A DNA stretch of 64,000 bases from Candidatus Woesearchaeota archaeon (GCA_038884715.1 JAWABG010000001.1:38287-102286), one strand, 5' to 3'. Counted from the first letter of the stretch, positions 9,148 to 19,102 are shown. Translations and numbers: made by a program. The notes: generated by a model from the sequence alone, not told the origin.

Positions 9148-11214
9148 TTAAGAGGAACTAAAAACAAAATAATTATTTCCGGGAACTAATTCACTGAATT
9201 TTATTTCATTGTTATTTTTATCAACTGCTATTACTGCAAAATATTTTTTTGTAACAGGAATCTGAATATAGGTAGTTTTTAGATTACTAATCGGATCATT
9301 ATATATTACATCAAGATGATAATAATTATCATTAAAATGCTCAGATACCCAAGGAATCCCAAATCGTCTAACAACGCCTCCAGACTGCATAAAATCATTC
9401 TTGTCTGTATTTACAAAATTTTGATCAGAATAATATATATTATATGCTACAACGTCTTGAGTGTTCGTAGGATTATCACTCCACTGTAATTTGTAAACAT
9501 CTGCTGAGACATTTATAACAGACAAACCAATAACAGCTAAAGGAGCTATATTATCATATAGGTTAATTGCAAATTTTATATTAACTGGTTTTAGAACAGT
9601 GTTCATATTATCATCAAGCTGAGGAATCTCATCATTTGTTTTTAGGCACAGCCTGAATTTTTGTTTTTGATAAATACACTCCTTATAATCAACACCGTTT
9701 TGGTCATAGTCTGAAAAAAACAATTTATTGTTGTTAATGTTTGGATTAATATTTTCTATTTTTGTAAAATTTTTGCTGTAATTGCTTATATAAAGAAATA
9801 TTTCCTCTTTATTTGGCGTTGATATATATGTTCTGTAAATTCTTTTATTAGGATTTATTGTGTCAAAACCATCATCACCAATAACTGATTTAATATATCC
9901 ATCGTCATCATATTTTATTGAATAAATCTCAGGAATGTTTGTAGATTGATTTATAGAAAAACTATAGTAATTTATTATTGGTTTTGTCATCTGAACCAAA
10001 ACTTTATCATCTTGGATTGAAAACTTGAATTCAAATTCTCCCTTAAGTTTCTTATTTTTTATTTCATCGTTGGAATACAAATTTGTGAGCTTGCATGCAC
10101 AATCTGTTACATTTACCTCTGAGCATTCTTGTAATCTTTCCATTGCATCATAAAAAACCTTAAAAGGACCTTCTTCACAATCATAAGTCATTTTCATATT
10201 TGGATTATTTATGTTAAAATCAGATACAGCTTTATCAAGGCAAGATTCGAGATTATCAACACAGTGCGTCTTAACATTGGACGTAAATGTTTTTATCAAC
10301 TCATAAACACTTAAATTATAGTTTACAAATACATTAAAATGAGGCATTACTGTGTATACTCCTGAAATTCCAGAGCCTTTCTTCATAGTGTCTACATAAA
10401 TACCGTTTTTTACTTCTCCTCCTGCAGCAAGGCATATTTGGTTAAAATAATTCAGAATAGTCTCAGGATAGGCAGCACCCATTCCTGCATCAATGCACTT
10501 ATTTTTACTGCCACTTTCAGGGCTTGTGTACAAGCAGCGCACATAATCTCCCCTGCATACACTGGGTGAATCAAGGTAATTCTCTCTGCAGGCTTCAATC
10601 ATCGCATCTGTTAGTGTTTTGCCTACTTGAACTTTTTCAGCAGCACTTATTGCTGTTCGTTCACCCCTATTATATGCAAATAATGCCAAAATTAAAGTAT
10701 CTTTTGGACTGAGATTTTTTTTAGAAATTGAATCAAATTTTCTCTTAAAATTATGTATGCCTGCATCAATCTGACTTGCCACTGTAACGCATGGTTGGTC
10801 TCTTGTGCAAGTATCATCTACTTGAAGAATTCCTCTATAATTAGAAATATAGCCGCACTTGCTTTCCTGCATTGCAATAGCCATTATCATTATGGGGTCA
10901 ATTCCTCTTTCAGTTATTCCATTCTGCACAGAATACTGCATAAATAAGTCTATATGATTATAACAGCCATCGATATATTGCATATTCGAACTCGCTAATC
11001 TGCTTAAGTCTGGATTATCACAATAAACCATTTGGCTTTTGTCATTATCTCCGCCAACTCCAATTACAAAACCCGAGATACTTAAGATTGGATTTAGTTC
11101 CGAAATTGAAGCATTTAAATTTTTTAATTTTAAAACTAAGAATAAAAATAAAATAAATAACAAAAATAAAGAAAAATATAAAAGGCTTTGTTTTGAAACT
11201 TTTTTATTTTTCAT
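9148..11214 (-). CDS. Membrane-anchored lytic transglycosylase (SLT/GH23-like) with Cys-containing middle domain and C-terminal fibronectin type III-like domain
   Basis: N-terminal TM helix. SLT motifs GIDPIMIMAIAMQES (catalytic E117), YRGILQV, QIDAGIHNF and LALFAYNRG. FnIII-like APLAV...LQWSD...AYNIYYS...YFAVIAVDKNNNE. Confidence 0.85.
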   Translation of the reverse strand: MKNKKVSKQSLLYFSLFLLFILFLFLVLKLKNLNASISELNPILSISGFVIGVGGDNDKSQMVYCDNPDLSRLASSNMQYIDGCYNHIDLFMQYSVQNGITERGIDPIMIMAIAMQESKCGYISNYRGILQVDDTCTRDQPCVTVASQIDAGIHNFKRKFDSISKKNLSPKDTLILALFAYNRGERTAISAAEKVQVGKTLTDAMIEACRENYLDSPSVCRGDYVRCLYTSPESGSKNKCIDAGMGAAYPETILNYFNQICLAAGGEVKNGIYVDTMKKGSGISGVYTVMPHFNVFVNYNLSVYELIKTFTSNVKTHCVDNLESCLDKAVSDFNINNPNMKMTYDCEEGPFKVFYDAMERLQECSEVNVTDCACKLTNLYSNDEIKNKKLKGEFEFKFSIQDDKVLVQMTKPIINYYSFSINQSTNIPEIYSIKYDDDGYIKSVIGDDGFDTINPNKRIYRTYISTPNKEEIFLYISNYSKNFTKIENINPNINNNKLFFSDYDQNGVDYKECIYQKQKFRLCLKTNDEIPQLDDNMNTVLKPVNIKFAINLYDNIAPLAVIGLSVINVSADVYKLQWSDNPTNTQDVVAYNIYYSDQNFVNTDKNDFMQSGGVVRRFGIPWVSEHFNDNYYHLDVIYNDPISNLKTTYIQIPVTKKYFAVIAVDKNNNEIKFSELVPGNNYFVFSSS

Positions 11215-11247
11215 TTTATTATTTTTTTAATGTTTTTGTGTTATTTA

Positions 11248-12342
11248 TTATTTCTTCATTAAATATGATGTTGTACATTTTCCTGCTGCTTTTGCCATCT
11301 GTGCTCTGTCTGAGTTATATTCAAAATGCCACCATTCTCCAAAAACATTTTTACTTTCACTACCCAACCTAATCCACCCGTTCTCGCACATCAATCTCTG
11401 CAACAAATCGTGATTTTTTTGTTGTTCTTGAGAATAAAAAAACGGGTAAGGCTTATGTAGCCCGGTATCTAATTCGTGCCCGTTAAAATATATTTTTGAT
11501 ACATCGATGGCTTGTCCTTGTGCATGTCTTGCGGTTGCACATGTTGCACTTGCTGCACCAGACCCTTTTTGTTTTTTTAATTCTTCTTGTTCATGTAGAG
11601 TTCTATAGGCATCACTTATCAATAATGTATACCTCTGTTTTCTTAAATTTTCGGCAGTTGTTTTTAATCCATCGGCGGCAGATTGTGCAAGCATGCATCT
11701 AATTCCTGGTTTACAAGTAATTCCTTCAATATTGTCAATTCCAACTATCTGTTCGTTTGTGCAGCTTGAAGCAGTAATTTTCGTGTCTATTATACTGCTA
11801 GCAACACCTCCAATACTAAAGATTATAGGCTGTATTGCGAGTCCAATAACATTTAATTTTTTTGTGCCTTGCTCTTGTTTTATTATAAATTTATAATTTT
11901 CTGTAGGGATGTTCACATTTGGATACTTTGAAAGATAATTATTTAATTCGTTATTTATATACTGCTTAAAGCTCTCATCATAATCTGGAAAACAGTTATC
12001 TGCTTCATTGCTGTATAAAGGATAAATAAATTGACCGCAAGGATAATTAGGAGTCATTCCTCCTTCGTCAATTGTATTCATTAAAAAGAAATAGCCTCCT
12101 GTTTCGCCAAGGCGAGAGATTGCTTTCAAGACGGATAATTTCGCAGATTGATCAATAAATAACAATGCGTATTCTCCTTCTTGATATGTTTTAAAGATAA
12201 TATATTCCTTATCGCCGATTTTCTCACCACTATCCGCTTTAAAATTTTTGCTAAATAAAATGAATATTATTATTAGACTTGAAACAATAATAAACATAAT
12301 TCCCAAAACAAAAAGTTGTGATTTTTTATCTGTCCTTTTCAT
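11248..12342 (-). CDS. Class III signal (pilin-like) protein fused to an M15 Zn metallopeptidase (VanX/VanY-type); start revised to ATG 12342
   Basis: MKRTDKKS|QLFVLGIMFIIV N-terminus. C-terminal ISDAYRTLHEQ, ARHAQGQAID (HxxGxAxD) and GEWWHFEY (ExxH) are M15 motifs. Confidence 0.85.
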   Translation of the reverse strand: MKRTDKKSQLFVLGIMFIIVSSLIIIFILFSKNFKADSGEKIGDKEYIIFKTYQEGEYALLFIDQSAKLSVLKAISRLGETGGYFFLMNTIDEGGMTPNYPCGQFIYPLYSNEADNCFPDYDESFKQYINNELNNYLSKYPNVNIPTENYKFIIKQEQGTKKLNVIGLAIQPIIFSIGGVASSIIDTKITASSCTNEQIVGIDNIEGITCKPGIRCMLAQSAADGLKTTAENLRKQRYTLLISDAYRTLHEQEELKKQKGSGAASATCATARHAQGQAIDVSKIYFNGHELDTGLHKPYPFFYSQEQQKNHDLLQRLMCENGWIRLGSESKNVFGEWWHFEYNSDRAQMAKAAGKCTTSYLMKK

Positions 12343-12423
12343 TTTAATATGGATATTACTTATTGAATGGTTTTTTCGTACAGTAAAAAAAATAGTGTTT
12401 GACAATTTTATGATTAGTTATTT

Positions 12424-12900
12424 CTACGATGAAGATAACGCCACTTGCACTGCTTTTATCTCGCCATTTAACAGGGGAAGATAAACAATTTTGTAAGGAA
12501 GACCAAAAGGTATTTGATTGCTCGTTTTTTTCGGAAAACAAATTATCGCAAAATATTTATTTGGAGAAAGTAGTGCAGTCTGTCGTAATTCCCAATCCGA
12601 GCATTTTTCATCCATATAATACTTAATCTTGTCGTCAGGGCTGTTCATCAACTTCGGATACATACCAAGATAACTCCCGAATGATGTGTCTTCATTTACA
12701 CTATCTCTGAACAAATTTATTGTTTCTCTGTCTTGAGACAATTCTCCAAATTTTTGTTGATAATTTGTCGTTTTTTGTTTAGCACTAAGATAAAAAAGGA
12801 AAATAAGTAATACAATAATAATTATAAAAATTATGATTGAAACAACATCAATCATCACGAAATCTCCTTTTTTATTTTTTAATAATTTACTTACTTTCAT
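12424..12900 (-). CDS. Type IV pilin-like protein (class III signal peptide)
   Basis: KNKKG|DFVMIDVVSIIIFIIIIVLLIFLF. Confidence 0.7.
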   Translation of the reverse strand: MKVSKLLKNKKGDFVMIDVVSIIIFIIIIVLLIFLFYLSAKQKTTNYQQKFGELSQDRETINLFRDSVNEDTSFGSYLGMYPKLMNSPDDKIKYYMDEKCSDWELRQTALLSPNKYFAIICFPKKTSNQIPFGLPYKIVYLPLLNGEIKAVQVALSSS

Positions 12901-12993
12901 TTTTATTTTTTATATTTTTTAATTATTATTTATTTTAATTAAATGTTATATTAATTATATTTTTAAATATTTATCAATTATATTTTTTTATGA

Positions 12994-13569
12994 TTATTTT
13001 TCACTAATTAATTTTATATTAAGTATTCCTGAATTAAAAATATTATTCTCAATATATAATACAGAAACATTCTTTTCTATAACGTTAAAATCATTTTTGA
13101 ATACATTTGATTGAACTTCAATACTCTTATAATAATACTGATTATTGTATATAGGACCGAATTGTTTATTATTCGTAGAATCGGTTAATTCTAACTTTAC
13201 AGCCATAACTCTTACATTTCTAAAATTTAATGATTTTTCAATATTACTTCTAGTAAACTTTTTTATGTCAATAATACCAGGATATACCCTTCCAGTATTT
13301 TCATCAACGTAATTTATAATGTTAGGGGAATAATATATCTTGTTAAATATAACATCCATATGTAATGATGAAACATCTAGATTATTTACTACAAAAAAAA
13401 CAATTATCCAAATAAAAATTCCGATTGCAAAAATCAAGAAAAATATCCTAAATATATTTAGTATTGGCTCTTTTAGTGCTGCCCGCTTATTTATTTTTTT
13501 ATTTATTTTATTTTTTATTATTCTACTAATCTTTATTCTATTTTTATTTTCAAATATTTGAAATTTCAT
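12994..13569 (-). CDS. Type IV pilin-like protein (class III signal peptide, long basic leader)
   Basis: KINKRA|ALKEPILNIFRIFFLIFAIGIFIWIIVFFV. Confidence 0.65.
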   Translation of the reverse strand: MKFQIFENKNRIKISRIIKNKINKKINKRAALKEPILNIFRIFFLIFAIGIFIWIIVFFVVNNLDVSSLHMDVIFNKIYYSPNIINYVDENTGRVYPGIIDIKKFTRSNIEKSLNFRNVRVMAVKLELTDSTNNKQFGPIYNNQYYYKSIEVQSNVFKNDFNVIEKNVSVLYIENNIFNSGILNIKLISEK

Positions 13570-13573
13570 TTGA

Positions 13574-14410
13574 TTATTTGTAATTATTTTTTATTACTTC
13601 TACGAGTTTTCTTACAAAATCATTCTTGTTTTCGAATATGCCAGAAGGAAAATTAACTGGAATTAAAATCATAATTGCTGTTTTTTCGGAGCTTATCTGA
13701 CTAAATTCTTGGATGTTTTGCTCTGCAAATTGGGTGTTAAAAAAATTATTAAAGGTGTATTTTAATTCACAAGCAAGGTTTTTACTCATAAAGGATCCTG
13801 GCGGATAAAAAATACTTAGTTTCTCGTCGGGAGAATTCTTAACATAAATTATTAAATTCGGGTTGTTTATGTCTTTAACAAACCCTGTGTTTTCTAAATT
13901 ATTTTCAATACTGTTTGATAAATAAAATAGATTTTGATCAAGTGTAATTATTGAAAAATTTGTTTCTGATACAGATTTTAATGATTTATCACATAATGGT
14001 TGTTGAATTCCTATTCCTAAAACACCGCTCGCATATTCATACCTAAACGCTTTGCTACTGGTTTCTGATTCAATTATTTTAATATTTATATCATTAGCAA
14101 AAGGATAATTTGCATAAACACCTCTTTCTTGCTTTGGAAAATCATAAACAAAAATTTCAGATGACTTTAATGAAACCAAAAAATCTTTTTCGCGTCTGGG
14201 AGAATAATAGACAAAGCCAATTTTTCCTGGTGAAGCTTCAAGGGAATCAATAACCAATGCATTATCCCTGGCAAAATAATTTCTCCAATAGATTGTATTA
14301 TCTGATTTTTGATAAACAAATGCAAAAACAAGCAAGCCTATCCCCATAAGTATCGCGAATTGATTAAAGATATTCCATAATTTTTCTTCATCGCCCCTTT
14401 TATTAAACAT
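13574..14410 (-). CDS. Type IV pilin-like protein (class III signal peptide)
   Basis: MFNKRG|DEEKLWNIFNQFAILMGIGLLVFAFV. TATA-like element at 14434-14441. Confidence 0.65.
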   Translation of the reverse strand: MFNKRGDEEKLWNIFNQFAILMGIGLLVFAFVYQKSDNTIYWRNYFARDNALVIDSLEASPGKIGFVYYSPRREKDFLVSLKSSEIFVYDFPKQERGVYANYPFANDINIKIIESETSSKAFRYEYASGVLGIGIQQPLCDKSLKSVSETNFSIITLDQNLFYLSNSIENNLENTGFVKDINNPNLIIYVKNSPDEKLSIFYPPGSFMSKNLACELKYTFNNFFNTQFAEQNIQEFSQISSEKTAIMILIPVNFPSGIFENKNDFVRKLVEVIKNNYK

Positions 14411-14485
14411 AAGAATTAATCTAAGAGAAGATATTTATATAGTTTTAGGTAAAAAATATTTTAAAAAACTAGTTTATATACACTC

Positions 14486-15766
14486 CTATTTACACACTCC
14501 TATTGGCAGGATTTTATTTACTGTTTTATCCCGGCCGTCAGGATTATATCTCTGACTCTCTCCAGAATATAGCTCCATAGAATAAACACAATTTTTTCCA
14601 TTACAATTTTTTCCGAGCTGAGCTAAGGATGAACCTGTACTTTTTCTTAAAGTATATTCTCCACAATCCTTAGTTAAATCAATCTCAACAATCTTATAAC
14701 TAACAGTGTTTTCTAATAATGGTCCACCAAAGACATCATCTCCTATCTGCCTAATTCTAGTAAATGTTTTTCCTTCCTCTAAATCATAAAGTGTGTTATA
14801 GAGCGGAAAGTTGTCTCCAACACCCAAACATTTACCTGTATAAACACCTATGTTTGAATATGTTAAAGGATCATCGGGATGAGAAGAGTATCTAATAACT
14901 TTTTCTGCAAACATACACACTTGATCATTATTGCATTTTGTTCCAAGACAACCAATCATATAAACTGGCAAATCTTCAACTGCAATACCCCCATATCCTG
15001 AAAATGAAATATCATACCCCAATATTCCACAAGGGACTTCTGTGTTTGAACAAGGTCTTTGCTGAGCCAAAATAGTGTCAAGATCGCTAAACTTATTTAT
15101 TGGCTGAGCATAAATATTATAACTATTTCCAATCTTTACCTTAATAAAAAAAACATTGTTAAAATCAGTTGATTTATCAGTTGTTCCTAATTGAAAGAAA
15201 TTTTTAAAAGTCTCTTTATTTAATATAAACACAGGATTTTGAGATTTTGTATATTCAACTTTCATCTTTCCGTCCTTTTCTACAAGGTTTGTTGATACAT
15301 AAACCAAGCCCATGAAATCTACACTCTCAAAAGTTCCCTTATTTAGTGATTTGCAGAACAAGACCTTTGTTTTTTTGTACAAACAAAGACAAGGATTATC
15401 ATATTCTGTATTACTCTCTCCACACTTTTCTGGTTTTTTAAATATATTTTTTCCAATAATTATTTCATCTGATTGATCACCAAAACCTAATATAGAATAA
15501 TCATCGGGAAGATATATTGTTGAGTAAGCATAGTCATTATCTGTTGAATGTAATAATAATCCTTCAAGAATTAATGATGCGGTATTAAAATTCTGTATTA
15601 CTGCTTTATTTAAATCTTTGTTTCCCGAAAATAAATTATATATTAATGGAACAAAAATTGTTAGCAGAATTATAACAACAAGTATTGCAAATATTGCCTC
15701 CACGAGCTGTCCTGTTGTTAAATCTCCCTTTTTTGCTCTTGCAATTTTTTTCCCAATCATAAGCAT
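14486..15766 (-). CDS. Large Cys-containing type IV pilin-like protein
   Basis: RAKKG|DLTTGQLVEAIFAILVVIILLTIFV, followed by KPEKC...CLCLY...FCK and further Cys pairs. Confidence 0.7.
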   Translation of the reverse strand: MLMIGKKIARAKKGDLTTGQLVEAIFAILVVIILLTIFVPLIYNLFSGNKDLNKAVIQNFNTASLILEGLLLHSTDNDYAYSTIYLPDDYSILGFGDQSDEIIIGKNIFKKPEKCGESNTEYDNPCLCLYKKTKVLFCKSLNKGTFESVDFMGLVYVSTNLVEKDGKMKVEYTKSQNPVFILNKETFKNFFQLGTTDKSTDFNNVFFIKVKIGNSYNIYAQPINKFSDLDTILAQQRPCSNTEVPCGILGYDISFSGYGGIAVEDLPVYMIGCLGTKCNNDQVCMFAEKVIRYSSHPDDPLTYSNIGVYTGKCLGVGDNFPLYNTLYDLEEGKTFTRIRQIGDDVFGGPLLENTVSYKIVEIDLTKDCGEYTLRKSTGSSLAQLGKNCNGKNCVYSMELYSGESQRYNPDGRDKTVNKILPIGVCK

Positions 15767-15829
15767 AATGAATAATTATAAAGAAATCCTTATTTAAATG
15801 TTACTCTTATTTACATTTATCATGAATAG

Positions 15830-16081
15830 TTAGCTAAATGCTCGCATACAACATACTTTGTTTTCACCGCAGTTTTTTTCATCAAGTGGCTGGTCTCCTG
15901 GCTGGCAATTACTTGTACTGCTGCAATAAAGAGCTTGGCCTCCTATTTCTCCTTCACATTTATTTACGTGCATTGAAGGTTTGATGATTAAAAAATATAT
16001 TAATGCAGCTGCGACAATTATTACTAGAACTACAATTATAATTTCTACAATATGACCTCCCGCTTGTGATTTATTATTCAT
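15830..16081 (-). CDS. Small pilin-like protein with 6-Cys defensin-like domain
   Basis: MNNKS|QAGGHIVEIIIVVLVIIV. C-x10-C-x5-C-x11-C-x5-CC. Confidence 0.75.
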   Translation of the reverse strand: MNNKSQAGGHIVEIIIVVLVIIVAAALIYFLIIKPSMHVNKCEGEIGGQALYCSSTSNCQPGDQPLDEKNCGENKVCCMRAFS

Positions 16082-16335
16082 TTTTATTTATTTTAAAATT
16101 ACTATTTAATAAAAATTAATTAATTATTAATTAAATCTTATAATAAATTAATAAATATTACTTTTTGTGTTTTTCCAATGATTATTTTTTTCTAATAATT
16201 ATTTTATTGTTTATATATATTAATTAATATACAAAAAATATTATTAATTATTATTTATTTAATATACAACATTAATTAATAGTTTGTTTATCATGATTTA
16301 GTATAAGTTTATGAATTAATATTTTTTGTTATATT

Positions 16336-17631
16336 TTATGTCGCGGCAATTCTTTTTCTTTCTGTTTTTCCTTGCCCCAAAACATTCTCCACATATAAAC
16401 AAATATTATTATTTTCATCATTTGCGGGACGAGTAATTGTTAATTCAGATGTTGCTGTATACTTGCCCCTATTATCTTTTGTTATTGGAGGACAATCGAT
16501 AGTATCATTGGTAATAATATAATACCATTTTTGGGTATTACAAGCATAGTCTGGGCTTTTTGCTTCACATATTAGTTTTATTTCATATTCTCCTGAACTC
16601 TTTTTAAAAATCTCGATTCGAGGAGTGGGATATGTGTCAACAAAAAATATTGGAATTGAAATACTTGCAGCCCAATAATTTGGGTCTATAGTACAGGCAT
16701 TTCCTTTTTGACAATCTTCTTTGTAAACAATTGACTGTAAGCTTAGTTCTTTATTTATCTCTTCATACTTTGGAGTATAAGTAAAAATTAATTTTGTATT
16801 TGTGCATTCAAGATTCTCTGTTCCAACTAAATTACCTTCTTGATTAAGCCATCTTTTATTTACTACATCATAAATATAACCAACACACCTTCTCTTTTTA
16901 TCAGAGTTTATATAGAACTCAATGTTTAATGTCTGACCAATGATTGCATTAAGTGATTGACTATAACCAATATCTTTGTTATTTACTTTTATAGCAATTG
17001 TTGCTCTTGCTTTATCGCTTGAGCGAGAATTTGAAGGGTTGTTTCTATTGTTTGATAGTTCGTTAACATCATTCGGATAATCATATTTTGGAATAATAAC
17101 AATACTTATTGTTTCATCATTATTCTTTATTACAACTACCTTAATATCAGTAACTGAATCATCATTTATATCAGTTTCTAATTCTCCTTTTTTATTAATA
17201 AGAGGTATTGTGTACTGTTTTGGCTCTGTTTGAATTGTTATCTTTACATAATTATCAGTCATTTCATCAATGCTTATAGAATGAGTTACTCCATTTATTA
17301 CAAAAGTTTTTGATTCCCCGACATGCAATGAAAAACTTTGCTCTTCATTTTTAATGCGCCTGCAGCAATATTGCCCAAGAATTTCTTTGTTAGTATTATC
17401 CTTGCATAAAATAATTCCTGATTTAGTTATCATGTATGTATCATCACATTTTTCATAAGTACAATAACCTCCAAAGGTCTCACAAGAATTTATTTTTGTT
17501 GATGTTTTCCAATAATAAAGGTAAATAATGAGCGAAGAAATAACAATAAGTATTAAAACAATTATTAATACCTTTACAAGTCCAACTCCGCTTGTATCAT
17601 CTGCACGTTTGTTAAATTTAAAGTTAATCAT
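16336..17631 (-). CDS. Pilin-like protein with 6-Cys domain followed by beta-rich (Ig-like) domains
   Basis: FNKRA|DDTSGVGLVKVLIIVLILIVI. C-x6-C-x4-C-x13-C-x12-CC, then beta-strand-rich sequence. Confidence 0.7.
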   Translation of the reverse strand: MINFKFNKRADDTSGVGLVKVLIIVLILIVISSLIIYLYYWKTSTKINSCETFGGYCTYEKCDDTYMITKSGIILCKDNTNKEILGQYCCRRIKNEEQSFSLHVGESKTFVINGVTHSISIDEMTDNYVKITIQTEPKQYTIPLINKKGELETDINDDSVTDIKVVVIKNNDETISIVIIPKYDYPNDVNELSNNRNNPSNSRSSDKARATIAIKVNNKDIGYSQSLNAIIGQTLNIEFYINSDKKRRCVGYIYDVVNKRWLNQEGNLVGTENLECTNTKLIFTYTPKYEEINKELSLQSIVYKEDCQKGNACTIDPNYWAASISIPIFFVDTYPTPRIEIFKKSSGEYEIKLICEAKSPDYACNTQKWYYIITNDTIDCPPITKDNRGKYTATSELTITRPANDENNNICLYVENVLGQGKTERKRIAAT

Positions 17632-17695
17632 TTTATAAAACCAAAAAATTAAGATTTTTAATTTAAGAAAAAAAAAATAAATTTATAACTGACTG

Positions 17696-17941
17696 CTAAC
17701 TGGTTAATGGACAACAAACAAATCCTTTAGCACATCCTTTTTCTCCTGAATTGCCTAATGGATTATTACAAGAACCAATCGGCAGACATTGTCCATTATA
17801 ATTATCTACACATTCTAGTTTTCCCCTGAATAATCCTAACCTGCTCACTAATAAATATGCTATGATTGCTAAAACAATTAATACAATTACTGCAATGATT
17901 ATAACATTCATTGACATTTCAATTCCTTTTTTGTTTTTCAT
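17696..17941 (-). CDS. Small pilin (candidate major pilin) with 6-Cys defensin-like domain
   Basis: MKNKKG|IEMSMNVIIIAVIVLIVL. C-x7-C-x5-C-x11-C-x5-CC. SD AGAGGT upstream. Confidence 0.85.
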   Translation of the reverse strand: MKNKKGIEMSMNVIIIAVIVLIVLAIIAYLLVSRLGLFRGKLECVDNYNGQCLPIGSCNNPLGNSGEKGCAKGFVCCPLTS

Positions 17942-17986
17942 TGTTAACCTCTAAAAGATTATTATACAACTTATCACATAATTTAA

Positions 17987-18229
17987 CTATACCACTTTGC
18001 AGCATATTTTATTAGCATCACAGTCATTAAATGTTCCTCTAACCTGTTCATTTGTACATTCTTCCGGTGTCTTACATAACCCCCCATTCGCAACGCAGCT
18101 CTTCGTTGTTCCTTGATTCACATTTGCACCTGCTCTTAATACAAGAACGGCTAAAATTACTAGAACAATAAGTGCTATCGCCGCAATTATAATAACATTC
18201 ATTGATAATTCAGCACCTTTTTTTTCCAT
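17987..18229 (-). CDS. Small pilin (candidate major pilin) with 6-Cys defensin-like domain; tandem paralog of 17696-17941
   Basis: MEKKG|AELSMNVIIIAAIALIVL. C-x6-C-x5-C-x11-C-x5-CC. Strong SD GAGGTGA. Confidence 0.85.
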   Translation of the reverse strand: MEKKGAELSMNVIIIAAIALIVLVILAVLVLRAGANVNQGTTKSCVANGGLCKTPEECTNEQVRGTFNDCDANKICCKVV

Positions 18230-18537
18230 ATTTTCACCTCAACCCAAGATACACGTTTTAATAATGAAAATGTAATTATTTATAAAACAAGTATAAAACT
18301 CTCTACTTACTACCAGTCAAAGGTATATATAAAGTTTTTGATATTTTTAAATTTTGATGTGTTTAAAATATGTTTGAAAGTTCGTATTTATTTATTATAG
18401 TATATTATCTATTTTATAATATTAATTAATTATTAATTATAATTTATTAAGTTATAATATTTACAATGTTGTGTTTTTTATTGTTTGTATTTACCTCATT
18501 AGTTATATTTTTAATATTGGGTTAGCTTGTTCTCAGT

Positions 18538-19053
18538 TTAATTTGTTTTCTTCTTTAAAATCAGTTTTTCAATCTTAAAAGCAGAGTTCTCAGTATAATC
18601 CTTAACTTTTTCATCAAATAGCAAAACCTTAAATTCATCTGAATCTGATGTAGAGAAGTACTTTATATCATCAGAATAAACAACACATTTATTATTAACC
18701 ATTGCAGGATCAATTCCGACACCATATATTTTAGAAAAGAGATGAATACAAGTATCGGTCCTTTTAATATTCAAAACACTGTATCTAAAATAATAATAAG
18801 CATTCTGCTCCAAAAATAATTCATATTTTCCTTTATTTTTAGTAATATTTTTCCAATTAAGATTGTTAATTTCGTCATCAGATTTTTTATATGGGCCGTT
18901 GTATTGAATAAGAACATAATCGTCTCCTTTCATATTATCATTATTAAGTAATGATTTAGATAGAGGGATTAACCATTTTATTGTTAGAATTAATGCAACT
19001 CCAATAATTAATAATCCTATAAGAAATCCTGTCATTTGTTTTGATTCGACCAT
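18538..19053 (-). CDS. Hypothetical membrane-anchored protein within the pilin array
   Basis: N-terminal TM helix (MTGFLIGLLIIGVALILTIKWL). No basic class III leader after the first Met. Confidence 0.65.
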   Translation of the reverse strand: MVESKQMTGFLIGLLIIGVALILTIKWLIPLSKSLLNNDNMKGDDYVLIQYNGPYKKSDDEINNLNWKNITKNKGKYELFLEQNAYYYFRYSVLNIKRTDTCIHLFSKIYGVGIDPAMVNNKCVVYSDDIKYFSTSDSDEFKVLLFDEKVKDYTENSAFKIEKLILKKKTN

Positions 19054-19102
19054 TATAAACCCAAACTTCTTATTTTAAATAAAAAATTATTGTGTGGAAT
19101 TG

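Noticed and set aside
9148..12342. Bacterial contamination or chimeric assembly explaining the murein enzymes
   Set aside because: The M15 domain is fused in-frame to an archaeal-type class III leader, and both genes match their neighbours in orientation and AT-rich composition. Read-level confirmation is still advisable.
19054..19077. In-frame NKKFG|FI upstream of 18538-19053 as a class III leader
   Set aside because: Immediately preceded by TAA with no start codon or SD, so it cannot be supported and was not counted among the pilins.
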